A DNA stretch of 64,000 nucleotides from a bacterium (GCA_021815445.1 JAKAGM010000002.1:95511-159510); one strand, 5' to 3'. Counted from the stretch's first letter, positions 1-10,393 are shown. Translations and numbers: made by a program. Notes: generated by a model not told the origin, from the sequence alone.

Positions 1-178
1 GCCTCGATGAGGTGGTCGGGGAAGACAAGCTGAGGAAATTACCTCCCGGCATGTTTGATTATAAAAAACTCCGCGTGACGCAGAAATTTTTCGATTATAT
101 GGAGCCGGCCCTCGGGAAATACGCGCCGCCTGATTCTGACTATCATCGCCTCCTGACGCTGGTGAGAAAGGGAAAATA
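1..178 (+). CDS. 3' end of an unknown protein-coding gene (partial, runs off window start)
   Basis: Open frame from window edge to TAA at 176-178; followed by GC hairpin terminator. No recognisable motif. Confidence 0.3.
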
Positions 179-194
179 ATCAGCATAAAGAAAA

Positions 195-226
195 GGGGAC
201 GCACGTTGTACGTCCCCATCGTTTTA
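195..226. terminator. Bidirectional intrinsic terminator hairpin between convergent genes
   Basis: ggggacg-cacgttgta-cgtcccc perfect 7-bp stem followed by T-run (plus) and A-run (minus). Confidence 0.45.
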
Positions 227-244
227 CAGACTTCTGAATCTTCT

Positions 245-1306
245 TCACTTAGGCGCGATGACTTTTCTAATGCGCTGGGTGAGGAAGTCGCGAAGCTCTT
301 GGATCTTGGCATCCGTGAGTGCTTCATGCTGAAAGTGCGAGAGGGAAAAGAATGATTCCAGCTCGCTTTGCACCATGACGCCGCGGTAGGCCAGCTCGCA
401 TGCTCCCGCACGGAGCTTGTAGATATCCTGGAATGTCCATGTTTGGATATCTCTCAGGTAATCGTCGAGGTCCATCTTCTGGAACTCGTCGATGTAGTCC
501 GATACGCCCAGCTGTACATCTCTCAGTAGCCGGTTTTCCGAGAGCATGGCGAGCATTGTCGCTTCAAATGCCCGCTTTAACTCGGGGCGCAGTCGGCAGA
601 GCTGGATCAGGAAGACCCAGAGAATGCCGACTTTGTGGTAATGCCGCCAGCATCCGATGTCATATGTGACTTTATCTTTCGGATGGATGGCCTCCAGGTT
701 GAACATCCCGGTGGTTGTTTGGTAAAGCTTGGGGAAGAAGAAGTCAATGTACTTCATTCGCCTTCCGTCGGCGCACAGATTCCTGGGGATCGGATCGATC
801 CCCACTTCAAGAAATTCACCGACCTGTGATGCCAAGAACATCGGCCTGAAGCAACGAATCATCCGTCTCGTGTGCTCGCAGGCCTCTGTTACCAGCTGAG
901 CTTGCGACAGCAGCGTTTGAGCAGACGGCCCGCTAAATGGGGCTATCTCGACGAGATGGACCATCCCCTCTGTGACCTTAATGGTAAGGCCGAAACGAAC
1001 TTGGTCCGGATCGGGCACATCGACGCCAAGTTTTGCCAATTCCTTCACGTAGTCACGCAGCTGTCTGCAGAGGTCGCGTGCAACCTCCTCCTCGAGCGGC
1101 CTCTGAGATGCTTTGTAGATGAAGTGCTCACCTGGTGGGGTCTGGATGTGGAACACGTCATTGTAGGAACCTTCGTCGCGGCCGTGTACTCTGCATTCTC
1201 CCAGACCTGGAAGAACTATCGTGTGCCCAGTGGCGACATCGGGAGCGAGTATCGGAAAGTCAATCCTTGATGGCATTATGAACTCCTTCGCGTTGTGAAA
1301 GAACAC
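245..1306 (-). CDS. hypothetical protein (353 aa)
   Basis: Long ORF with protein-like composition; no motif I can assign. Confidence 0.5.
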   Translation of the reverse strand: MFFHNAKEFIMPSRIDFPILAPDVATGHTIVLPGLGECRVHGRDEGSYNDVFHIQTPPGEHFIYKASQRPLEEEVARDLCRQLRDYVKELAKLGVDVPDPDQVRFGLTIKVTEGMVHLVEIAPFSGPSAQTLLSQAQLVTEACEHTRRMIRCFRPMFLASQVGEFLEVGIDPIPRNLCADGRRMKYIDFFFPKLYQTTTGMFNLEAIHPKDKVTYDIGCWRHYHKVGILWVFLIQLCRLRPELKRAFEATMLAMLSENRLLRDVQLGVSDYIDEFQKMDLDDYLRDIQTWTFQDIYKLRAGACELAYRGVMVQSELESFFSLSHFQHEALTDAKIQELRDFLTQRIRKVIAPK

Positions 1307-1486
1307 TCTCTCAGGCTAGGCCTTTTTTGAGTGCTTTCGGTCCAAGAACATTGTTGTTTTATCGGGGGAACCTTACACAAATTATCATGTTTTGTCAAGG
1401 GGTAAGCATGAAAAATATTCTTGCGTTTTTTATAAAAAACTTCCGTGTTGACGGAAGTATTTTATAAATCAAAAACAGTCTCAGGA

Positions 1487-1603
1487 CCCCGGCGATGGCC
1501 TACTTTCCCAACGAGCTAAGCTCGAAGTATCATCGGCGCTGGCAGGCTTAACGACCGAGTTCGGAATGGGATCGGGTGTGGCTCTGCCGCTTATATCACC
1601 AGG
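1487..1603 (-). rRNA. rrf: 5S ribosomal RNA
   Basis: Reverse complement aligns along its length with bacterial 5S (e.g. ...CCGAACTCGGTCGTTAAGCC..., ...CCTGGTGATATAAGCGGCAGAGCCACACCCGATCCCATTCCGAAC...). Confidence 0.85.
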
Positions 1604-1942
1604 GTTCTGAGACTGTTTACAGGAATGTAAAGGTAATGTGTTTGTGAAGAGCGTATCTTCTGTGAATACGGTTAAATACTCACGCTCTATTAGTACTCCT
1701 CCGCTTCACTCCTTACGGAGCTTCCACGTAGAGCCTATCAACCCAATAATCTCTTGGGGAGCTTACTGAAATGTAATCTTGAAGGAGGTTTCACGCTTAT
1801 ATGCTTTCAGCGTTTATCCTTGCCGAACGTCGCTACCGAGCAATGCCCCTGGTGGGACAACTCGTCGACGAGAGGTTCGTTCTTCCCGGTCCTCTCGTAC
1901 TAGGGAAGAGTCTTCTCACATTTCTACGCCCGCGACAGATAG

Positions 1943-1994
<52 letters not shown>

Positions 1995-2007
1995 TGGCGA
2001 ACAGCCA

Positions 2008-2038
<31 letters not shown>

Positions 2039-2225
2039 CGATGGGCCGACATCGAGGTGCCAAACCCCCTCGTCGATGTGGACTCTTGGAGGGGATCAGC
2101 CTGTTATCCCCGGAGTAGCTTTTATCCGATGAGCTTCCGCCGTCCTATTTCGTGGACATACTACCTGCTATCCCTTTTGCAAGGAACAACAAGTAATACG
2201 CCGCGTACGGTCGGATCACTAAGTT

Positions 2226-2256
<31 letters not shown>

Positions 2257-2852
2257 TGCAGTAAAGCTGGCTTGTGGCTTTGCCCTATCTCTCGCATTTC
2301 CATCGCGAGATAGCCAACCTTTGTAAACGCCTCCGTTACATTTTGGGAGGCGACCGCCCCAGTCAAACTACCCACCAGACACTGTCCGTTCCCCGGATTC
2401 ACGGGTGAACGTTAGTCATAAAACCATCTCAGCGTGGTATTCCATATTGCGACTCCACCCCATCCAAAGACAGGGTTTCATAGTCTCCCACGTATGCTCG
2501 GCAGAGAAAACTCTATGACAATGCCAAGTTGTAGTAAAGCTTCACGGGGTCTTTTCGTCTAGCCGCGGGTAACGAGCATCTTCACTCGTCTTGCAATTTC
2601 GCCGAGTCCCTCGTTGAGAGAGTTTTCAAGTCGTTATGCCATTCGTGCAGGTCGTAACTTACACGACAAGGAATTTCGCTACCTTAGGACGGTTATAGTT
2701 ACCGCCGGCGTTCGTCAGCGCTTCAGCTCGGAGCTTGCACCCCTCACCTTAACGTTCTGACACTGGCCAGGCATCAGCCCCTATACATCACCTTTCGGTT
2801 TAGCAGGGACCTGTGTTTTTGATAAACAGTCGCTTGAAATCGTTTGCTGTGT

Positions 2853-3156
2853 CCAGCACCACTTTCAGTTGCCAAGCGAATGTTGTATACGTCGATACAA
2901 TTCTTGCTTAGCTCTGCCATGTTGTTTCAATCTACGTTCCCGAAGTATGGCGTCTTGTTTATTGCCATACTGTTCGCAATAGACAAGCTGCCACGCGCCT
3001 GATTGACGGTTCGTTGACGTTTGATTGCCGCTGTTATGTTCCTGCAATCGTCGGTCAAGATTGTGTGTCAGGCCTATATATAACTCCTTACTTACTGAGT
3101 GTCTAATGACGTAGATGTTCCACATAGTATTTGCTCCTTAAACTGAAAGTGGTGCT
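2853..3156 (-). mobile_element. Insertion within 23S (helix 63 variable region): 18-bp inverted repeat stem enclosing a GIY-YIG ORF
   Basis: ccagcaccactttcagtt (2853-2870) and aactgaaagtggtgctgg (3139-3156) are perfect inverted repeats. Flanking sequence aligns to E. coli 23S about 1690 and about 1770, so the insert replaces a variable helix. Confidence 0.55.
2865..3125 (-). CDS. stand-alone GIY-YIG nuclease domain protein (86 aa, YhbQ/Slx1-URI-like) encoded inside 23S insertion
   Basis: N-terminus YVIRHSVSKELYIGLTHNLDRRLQEHNSG matches the GIY-(x10)-YIG...R...E...N signature. The ORF exactly fills the loop of the 18-bp stem. Confidence 0.6.
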   Translation of the reverse strand: MWNIYVIRHSVSKELYIGLTHNLDRRLQEHNSGNQTSTNRQSGAWQLVYCEQYGNKQDAILRERRLKQHGRAKQELYRRIQHSLGN

Positions 3157-4385
3157 GGAGGGCCATGTACCGAAGGTACGGCCGTTGTTTTGCCGAGTTC
3201 CTAAACGAGGGTTCTCTCGTACACCTTAGGCTTCTCGCCTCACCCACCTGTGTCGGTTTCCGGTACGGGTACTACACTGATAATGTCTTCAATCTTTTTC
3301 TAGGCACCACATTTTCGCAAATTGGTATTGCCTTGCGACGCCACCTTTTGCCATCCCCAGCTTTCGCTGAAAACAGCAACGCGCATAACCAGAACACGCC
3401 CGCAATAGCTTGATGCGTCAGAAAGAAGACTCAATGCAGTAGTGCTGGAATATTAACCAGCTGTCCATCGGCTACGCATGTTAAGCCTCACCTTAGGACC
3501 GACTAACCCTGGGTCGATTTGCGTTGCCCAGGAAACCTTGGGTTTTCGGTGGACGGGGTTCTCACCCGTCTTTTTGCTACTTATGCCAACATTCTCACTT
3601 CGAAGCGCTCCACCGCCTCTTGTCGAGACGACTTCATGGCACTTCGAACGCTCCTCTACCACTATCTCGATTCCGAAGAACCGAGATAATTCCCACGATC
3701 GGTACGAAACTTAGCCCCGGTACATTTTTGGTGCACAGAAGCTTGACTAGTGAGCTGTTACGCTTTCTTTAAAGGATGGCTGCTTCTAAGCCAACCTCCT
3801 AGTTGTCAGGACTTCTACACTGCCTTTTACACTTAGTTTCGATTTAGGGACCTTACGTTGGGATCTGGGCTGTTTCCCTTTTGACCGGTGAAGCTTTGAC
3901 CCCACGGTCTGACTCCCCAGATAGTCTGCATCGGCATTCGGAGTTTGGTTTAGTAAAGTAGGCTTACGCCATCTTCACCAATTCAGTGCTCTACCACCGA
4001 TGCGTAGTTACTGGAGGCTAGCCCTCAAGCTATTTCGAGGAGAACCAGCTATCGCCGAGCTCGATTGGAATTTCTCCGCTATCCACGGGTCATCCCCGCG
4101 TGTTGTACGGCGCGTGGGTTCGGACCTCCCCCGCCTTTTACGGCGGGTTCATCCTGCCCATGGATAGGTCGCACGGCTTCGGGTCTTGTCGACAGAATCA
4201 AGGCGCGCTATTAACGCTCGCTTTCACTGTGGCTATTCCCTTCTCGGGCTTCACCAAACTCTGTCGAACAAACTCGTTGGCTCATTCTTCAATAGGCACG
4301 CCGTCACCCGGCTTGCGCCGAGCTCCGACTCCTTGTAAGTATATGGTTTCAGATACTTTTCATCCCCCTCACCGGGGTGCTTTTT

Positions 4386-4416
<31 letters not shown>

Positions 4417-5317
4417 ATCACAAAACGTATTTAGCCTTGGGACGATAGTCGTCCCTGCTTCCCATAAAATTTCACGTGTTTCATGGTACTCGAGAGAAAT
4501 CATCGTAGCTCCCAATCCGTTTCGCTTACGGGACTGTCACCCTCTGTGGTAGAGCTTTCCAGCTCCTTCTGCTACGGACTGAAGAGTGCCTTCACCACCC
4601 CAGCTTGCGCCGGGACGGATAAGGAACTCCCTCTAGGTCTGCTACCTCGAATCTACAGGATTCGAACATAATTTCCTCATCAACGCCCTCTTTCATTGGG
4701 CCTGCACCCATATCCTGCATTGCTGCAGGAAGAGAAGAGAGTTTTGGCTGTTCCCCTTTCGCTCGCCACTACTTAGGGAATGGGCCAAATCACACATTGA
4801 TACCCTGTCTTTCGACAGGAGATCAAACGTGCAATCTGACATTTGTTTCTTTTCCTCTGGCTACTAAGATGTTTCAATTCACCAGGTAGTCTTCACTGTG
4901 CCTATGAATTCAGCACAGGATGGCTGGCTCTTCGCCAGTCGGGTTTCCCCATTCGGACATCTCCGGATCAAAGGTTGGTTGCCACCTCCCCGAAGCTTAT
5001 CGCAGGCTCCTACGTCCTTCATCGTCGTTTTGTGTCAAGGCATCCACCATATACCCTTAAACGAGTATTTAACCGTAATCGCAAATGATACGGTTCTTAC
5101 TATTTGATGCTCATCACTTATGTTACCTCTACTACTACATATTCAGTTGTTAACGTTCATTCCTTGAGCAGAAGTAGAAAGATGAAACTGTTTTCATGCT
5201 TCTATTTCGGTTCTAGGGTTGGAAAGGGCACTCCTTTACCTACAGGACCCTTCGACTTCGCCCCGTGTGACTGTGGGGCTCCGCTCAGGGCAACTCGCTG
5301 ACGCTCGTTGAGTATGA

Positions 5318-5348
5318 AAAATCCCGCTTCCGCGGGACTAAACCAGCC
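5318..5348 (-). terminator. candidate intrinsic terminator (minus strand) upstream of the rRNA operon
   Basis: Minus strand reads tcccgcggaagcggga followed by ttttt. Confidence 0.3.
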
Positions 5349-5522
5349 GATAAAAGCAGTGGCGATTTAGCCTCGCATTTTTGCTGAAGTTAGAGAATTT
5401 TGCGTCATACTGTGGATGATCCGTGGATTATTCCAGCCCTTTTTCAGGGCAGATACGATTATACGCTGATTTGGAGGTGGTGTCAACAGGCGAGTTTTGA
5501 GGGTTAAAAAAGGCTTAGGCTC

Positions 5523-5592
5523 GCGCACCCAGAGCCGGGTGCGCTCGGGGTAATAACCAAACCGAGAGCGGGTCTCCGCGCCCGCGATCGGG
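5523..5592 (+). repeat. Left boundary module of ORF cassette: hairpin gcgcacc(8 nt)ggtgcgc plus repeat aaaccgagagcggg-hairpin-cccgcga
   Basis: Direct repeat partner at 6496-6565 in mirrored order; inner hairpin stem conserved, loop differs (tctccgcg vs ggcct). Confidence 0.5.
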
Positions 5593-5747
5593 AGTTTGAC
5601 ATATTATTGAGTCGGACGTAAAGTTGCATCGTTCGAAATACGTCGTTCGTTACCAATTCACCGTCTGGCTACGCCAGACAAACCAATGACCATTTCACTG
5701 ACTGCGCAGGTTCTCGAAATCCTGAGTGCAGAGTGAAGGAGGAAACA

Positions 5748-6386
5748 ATGGATCTCAATCAGGCAGTCGTCATCCCGGTCGCGCCAACAGATGACTGGCA
5801 GCTGCAAAGAAACGAGTGCGTCATCAGTTTGGGCAGGCACTGGCCATTGCAGTCCATCAAAGATCAGCAGTTTGACGGCTTCGCCGACCCACAGCAGTGC
5901 AGCGGCAGCCTGTATATTTACTTCAGCGGTGGTTTCACCAGCGGCCAGATGTCCGCGATTGAGCTTCGATGCGATAAGTGCCACCTTAACATCAACGCCA
6001 AAACGCACCAGTGCCGTATTCCCGCCTGGGATGTAAAACAGCTAAAGCTCGCCTTGGCCAGGCTGATGCTCGTTTGCGCCCGGGGGAATACGACCTTTCC
6101 GATCAGTTATCCTGGCTCCCATTATCTAGATGGGAAAACTGACCTCGCCACATACATTCCTGTCTGGGATACTGGTTTTTTAACCCCGAACGCTCAGCCG
6201 ATCTGCATTGGACTGTTCCTACCACACAAGATTGGCAGTTGGACCGATGCTGAGCATGAACATGGCGAGCCAGTTTCCAGACGTGCGTTTACCAACCTTA
6301 CCGAATCCAGTGTCCTCATCATCACTGATTTGCTGCATAACAGCCAGATGTTTGAACAGAGGAACAAGCGCACCATTGGCCAGTGA
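5748..6386 (+). CDS. hypothetical protein (212 aa) in a compositionally distinct, repeat-bracketed cassette
   Basis: ATG preceded by AGGAGG (aggaggaaacaATG). ORF lies between direct repeats 5557-5592 and 6496-6529; codon usage and GC differ from flanking genes. Confidence 0.5.
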   Translation: MDLNQAVVIPVAPTDDWQLQRNECVISLGRHWPLQSIKDQQFDGFADPQQCSGSLYIYFSGGFTSGQMSAIELRCDKCHLNINAKTHQCRIPAWDVKQLKLALARLMLVCARGNTTFPISYPGSHYLDGKTDLATYIPVWDTGFLTPNAQPICIGLFLPHKIGSWTDAEHEHGEPVSRRAFTNLTESSVLIITDLLHNSQMFEQRNKRTIGQ

Positions 6387-6495
6387 GCTTCACTTGCTCT
6401 CTTGGGATCTGAACTTTGCACATACCACCCGCTCTCCATCGAGCTCAGCTCGATCGGACGGCGGTTTTTTTATTGAGTAAAAAGCTATATTATTA

Positions 6496-6565
6496 ACAAA
6501 CCGAGAGCGGGCGGCCTGCCCGCGAACGGAGATTATCAAGCCAGCGCACCTTGGAGAAGGTGCGC
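6496..6565 (+). repeat. Right boundary module of ORF cassette (repeat aaaccgagagcggg-hairpin plus gcgcacc(8 nt)ggtgcgc hairpin)
   Basis: See 5523-5592. Confidence 0.5.
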
Positions 6566-6613
6566 TGTGCCTTATTAAACTGAGAGCACACTCTCAAGTG
6601 TGCGATAGTTTTT

Positions 6614-7180
6614 TTATGGAAAAAGCAATTTCTTCAACCGCCGCATCCTTTTCGGGTCGGTTTTTGCTTCGAGGAACTCCAGTTTCATATCTCTTCCGAA
6701 TTTGCCTCTTAAAACCATTACAGAGAATTGCCGAAAGGAAAGCATGTATACCCGGATTTTCTCGCCTTCATCCAAGGTCTGGGGATGAGTCTTTTTGCAA
6801 TCGTAGGCGATGTAGGTATAAATATCCCAGTCAATCTTTGACGTGGCGCGTTTCGACTTCCATTGCTTCCATGAGCGGGATGTATACCCGGTCTCTTCCC
6901 GGAGTTCCCGTTTTGCCGCGGCGAACGGGGTTTCGCCATCGTCAACGCGCCCACCGGGGAGTGAATCAAACACTTTCCCTGGGTGGGGCTGGCTTTGTCG
7001 CTGGGCGATGATTTTCTTATCCGGAGTGATGGCCAACACAACAACCGTATCAGCTCGTGCAAGCATTTCGTATCTTTGGAAGCTTCCGTCGTATACTTTT
7101 TGTTTCCACTGGTAGACGTCAAAAATCTCTCCGTGGAAAACCCGTTTTGCGCCTTTCGGAAGTTTTGGCTTTGTTCTCAT
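6614..7180 (-). CDS. NUDIX hydrolase
   Basis: Nudix box GGRVDDGETPFAAAKRELREETG (GX5EX7REUXEEXGU). Confidence 0.85.
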   Translation of the reverse strand: MRTKPKLPKGAKRVFHGEIFDVYQWKQKVYDGSFQRYEMLARADTVVVLAITPDKKIIAQRQSQPHPGKVFDSLPGGRVDDGETPFAAAKRELREETGYTSRSWKQWKSKRATSKIDWDIYTYIAYDCKKTHPQTLDEGEKIRVYMLSFRQFSVMVLRGKFGRDMKLEFLEAKTDPKRMRRLKKLLFP

Positions 7181-7231
7181 AATGATAGTTTAGCATATTT
7201 AGAAAGAAGGTAAGAGGTTGTAGAAGCGATG

Positions 7232-7376
7232 CCCTCCGGGCGGGCTCCACTTTTCTTTGCTCGTCCAAAGAAAAGTGGAGAGAAAAGAAAAGACGTCGCA
7301 GCGCAAACTCGGCCGTTTGGCCTATATCATTGTTCTATCGCCGGCCTCAGGCAGTGCGCCGCGCAAGGGGAAAATT
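7232..7376 (+). repeat. Structured intergenic repeat family, copy A (about 145 nt; candidate sRNA or MITE-like element)
   Basis: Near-identical to 22456-22589 and 36803-36958. Contains 13-bp hairpin ccacttttctttg/caaagaaaagtgg and a long-range helix with compensatory changes between copies. Confidence 0.6.
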
Positions 7377-7492
7377 TATTAAAGTATTTTTGCAAACTTA
7401 CTTTTTCCACGGTAGCCAGAATTATTCTCGTTCTACATTACACTTGGATTTAGACTGTGGAAGGTTTGATAGCCAGCTGGTAGGATATAGTC

Positions 7493-8143
7493 ATGGGCTA
7501 CTTTTCATCCAAGACAGGCAAACCGAGCGCAGCAGCAATCAAAACGCTGCAAAGTCGAGACCCGGTGATGCGCAAGCTCATACACCGCGTGGGCATTTTT
7601 GAAATACCGCGTTCGGCAAGAACATTCCGGACGCTGGCTGAGTCGATTATGTACCAGCAGCTGTCAGGCAAAGCTGCCGCGACGATTATATCCCGTTGGA
7701 GAAAATTGTGGCCAAAGACTTCATTCCCGTCACCACAGCAGGTTTTGCACATGCGGGCTTCGCGCATGAAGAAGGTCGGGGTTTCCCGGCAGAAAATCAG
7801 TTACCTTAAAGATCTTTCACGGAAGACATTGTCCGGCTACGTTGCTATAAAAACACTCAGCAGTCTCAATGACGAGGCGGTGATCCAGCACCTTGTTGCC
7901 GTAAAGGGGATTGGCCGGTGGACGGCGGAAATGTTCCTTATGTTCGCGCTGGGCCGCCATGACGTGTTTCCTGTCGATGACATGGGTATTCAGAAAGCAA
8001 TTGTCCGTGCCTACGGCCTGCGTTCCAAACCCAGCAAAGATAGGATGCAAAAGATGGCCGAGCGATGGCGGCCGTATCGGACGCTTGCCAGCTTATATCT
8101 TTGGAGAAGCGTGGATCAAACCCCGTTAGAAAAAGTAGAGTAA
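7493..8143 (+). CDS. HhH-GPD family DNA glycosylase (AlkA / endonuclease III-like)
   Basis: Helix-hairpin-helix plus Gly/Pro-Asp motif: LVAVKGIGRWTAEMFLMFALGRHDVFPVDD. Confidence 0.75.
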   Translation: MGYFSSKTGKPSAAAIKTLQSRDPVMRKLIHRVGIFEIPRSARTFRTLAESIMYQQLSGKAAATIISRWRKLWPKTSFPSPQQVLHMRASRMKKVGVSRQKISYLKDLSRKTLSGYVAIKTLSSLNDEAVIQHLVAVKGIGRWTAEMFLMFALGRHDVFPVDDMGIQKAIVRAYGLRSKPSKDRMQKMAERWRPYRTLASLYLWRSVDQTPLEKVE

Positions 8144-8239
8144 TCTGGCAAGGAATGCATGATGCACTGAACCAGAATCTTGAATTGCTGCAGCAACCTT
8201 TACGCTTTTTCTCACGGGAGGATCTCCCCGACTGCGTAT

Positions 8240-8268
8240 TGACATTATATGCATTTATTGTTAACCTG
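8240..8268 (+). promoter_or_regulatory. candidate sigma-70 promoter for the small zinc-ribbon ORF
   Basis: TTGACA, 17-nt spacer, weak -10 TTAACC/TAACCT; about 60 nt upstream of ATG with GGGAGG RBS. Confidence 0.25.
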
Positions 8269-8328
8269 TAGCGAAACAAACACAGATACATTTGATCGTT
8301 AACGCTTTTCCTTGTCGGGAGGCAGGAA

Positions 8329-8544
8329 ATGTCAATAACAACGGTAGTGGCCTGTACTTCCACGAATCGGAATCATACCAGCCGCGGTCCCTTTTGCGGA
8401 TTCTGCGGGATCAAAAAAGAAGGGGAGCCTGATTCTGAGATCACATGCGATCCATTGAATCACGAACGCCTGCCGCGGGTATTCGAATTTTGCCCGCGAT
8501 GCGGACTCCCCAAATCCAGACTCACCTTTGCGCCGGTTAGGTAA
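8329..8544 (+). CDS. small zinc-ribbon protein (71 aa)
   Basis: CGFCG ... CPRCG two CxxC pairs; GGGAGG RBS; followed directly by an intrinsic terminator. Confidence 0.45.
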   Translation: MSITTVVACTSTNRNHTSRGPFCGFCGIKKEGEPDSEITCDPLNHERLPRVFEFCPRCGLPKSRLTFAPVR

Positions 8545-8546
8545 AC

Positions 8547-8576
8547 TCGACAAGTAAAGTCGAGTTTTTTTCTTGT
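8547..8576 (+). terminator. intrinsic terminator
   Basis: ctcgac-aagtaaa-gtcgag followed by ttttttt. Confidence 0.6.
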
Positions 8577-8718
8577 CTCTTACAAAAAGAAGCTCATTGC
8601 TGACCTGCAGAATTTGACCAGTTGACCAAAACAGCTCCACTTGCTAAGGTAATTCAATTCGGTAACGGTGATAAACAGGAAAACACAGAACACACATCCA
8701 AATAAAGGGAGGTGCACT

Positions 8719-10239
8719 TTGGGTGCAGAAAAGCTCTTTACCAAGTTGGAGGCATTAATTCGGCCCTCGGCAGCCGACAGTTATGCCGCCAGTATCACAG
8801 AGTGGTTCGACAAGACTTATGGCGCCACCTGTGAAGCCGCGTCAGCTGAACGCGGTGAAATCGCCGGGCATTTGCGGGCACGATCGCACGACGGCTTCAT
8901 TACGGAAGAGGTCGGCTCATGCCTTGACGCGTTGATGGAGGTCATTGACGATCTGCCTCCGGATCGCGCTGCGTGGGTGCGCAAGCTGGTGGACACCTAC
9001 AAAAGAGAGCGCGCGTTGACCGGTGAATTCATCCAGCGCAAAACGGGAGTAACGACTGCCGCACGTCGCGCATGGGCTGCTGCACGTGCGGAGTCAAACT
9101 TCTCACTCTTTGCCTCCTCCCTGCGGGAGGCGGTCAGCATCATGCGCGAGGAAGCTCAAATGCGCGGTGCCGGCGATCGCAGAGACGACATATACGGCGT
9201 ACTCGTCAATCTATGGGAACCCGGCTTTCCGATGGATCGTCTCGCGGTAATTTTTGACGGAATGCGGGACTTCACTGTACCGCTGCTCCAGCGGATCCGT
9301 GACACTGGAATCAAACCGAACACGTCGTTTCTCGACGGTCGTTTCGATCCGCGTGATCTTCTGCCACTCTCCCTGACGTTGATGCGCACCTTGGGCTTTG
9401 ACATGTCACGGGGGGGTCTCGACGAAACAACGCACCCATTCTGTTCCCGCGTGACACCGTCGGACGTTCGCTCTATGACGCGGTTTACCGAGGGTTTCCG
9501 AAGTTGGTTCTTCGGCATCGTCCATGAGATAGGGCACGCGCTCTATGAGCAGGGTGCGTGCGGTGTCAGTGACTGGATGTCGCCGGACGGTGTGCAGGTG
9601 TCACTCAGTATTCACGAATCTCAGTCACGCACGTGGGAAAACTTCGTCGGCCGCGGATCGTCCTTTTGGGAGTATTTCTACCCGATTCTGTGCAGCCATC
9701 TGCCGCAGTTTGTGGATGTGCCGCTCGACGAGTTTCTCCGGGCAACCAATGCTGTGACGCCGGGCTGTATCCGTACGAATGCCGACGAGGTGACGTACAA
9801 CCTCCACATCATCATTCGCTTCGAACTTGAACGGGCACTCTTCAACGGGGATATCAGCGTCGACGATCTGCCCTCTGAGTTCAATGATCGTATGGATCGA
9901 TACCTCGGCATCAGGCCGCCCAACGCGGCCCAGGGAATCCTCCAGGACATCCAGTGGTCAATCGGCTACTTCGGGTATTTCCCGACGTATACCCTGGGCA
10001 ATCTGTTCATGGCGCAGGTGGCCGAACGTTTCGCCGCGGAAAATCGCTACTATGTCAATGAGTTCCGCACTGGGAACTTCGGCATCCTCCTCGAATATCT
10101 TCGGGAAATGGTCCACAAGACCGGCTACACCGACGACATCGACGGGGCGCTCAGGCGGATTACCGGATCTCCGCTTGATCCGGGATACTGGCGCCGCTAT
10201 ATCATGTCGCGCGTCGGGCCGGTGTACGGGCTCAGCTGA
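8719..10239 (+). CDS. M32 family carboxypeptidase (carboxypeptidase Taq-like zinc metallopeptidase)
   Basis: HEIGHALYE (HEXXH), IHESQSRTWEN and GYFPTYTLGNLFMAQ motifs typical of peptidase M32. Probable TTG start 7 nt after AAGGGAGG. Confidence 0.8.
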   Translation: MGAEKLFTKLEALIRPSAADSYAASITEWFDKTYGATCEAASAERGEIAGHLRARSHDGFITEEVGSCLDALMEVIDDLPPDRAAWVRKLVDTYKRERALTGEFIQRKTGVTTAARRAWAAARAESNFSLFASSLREAVSIMREEAQMRGAGDRRDDIYGVLVNLWEPGFPMDRLAVIFDGMRDFTVPLLQRIRDTGIKPNTSFLDGRFDPRDLLPLSLTLMRTLGFDMSRGGLDETTHPFCSRVTPSDVRSMTRFTEGFRSWFFGIVHEIGHALYEQGACGVSDWMSPDGVQVSLSIHESQSRTWENFVGRGSSFWEYFYPILCSHLPQFVDVPLDEFLRATNAVTPGCIRTNADEVTYNLHIIIRFELERALFNGDISVDDLPSEFNDRMDRYLGIRPPNAAQGILQDIQWSIGYFGYFPTYTLGNLFMAQVAERFAAENRYYVNEFRTGNFGILLEYLREMVHKTGYTDDIDGALRRITGSPLDPGYWRRYIMSRVGPVYGLS

Positions 10240-10393
10240 TCCGCAACATCAACTTGATCTTTCCCCACGCAAGTCTCTCTACGACTTGGGTGGGTTTTTT
10301 CTCATTGACATAGTAACGCCAAACGTCTACAGTGCAGGCAAGTTCAAAGACTTCCGAGGAGTGAAAAGCGAACCCTAACGACTGGAGGAATTT

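Noticed and set aside
2853-3156. Possibility that the 23S insertion is a group I intron
   Set aside because: Only about 45 nt of the 304-nt insert is non-coding, far below a group I catalytic core. No P7/P3 consensus seen. Kept as an IVS/mini-element hypothesis instead.
5084-5300. Search for tRNA genes or a 16S 3' end in the spacer upstream of 23S
   Set aside because: No T-loop/acceptor-stem pairing could be folded. No anti-SD CCTCCTTT-containing 16S tail found.
5658-6008. 116-aa minus-strand ORF
   Set aside because: Antisense to the RBS-supported cassette ORF 5748-6386.
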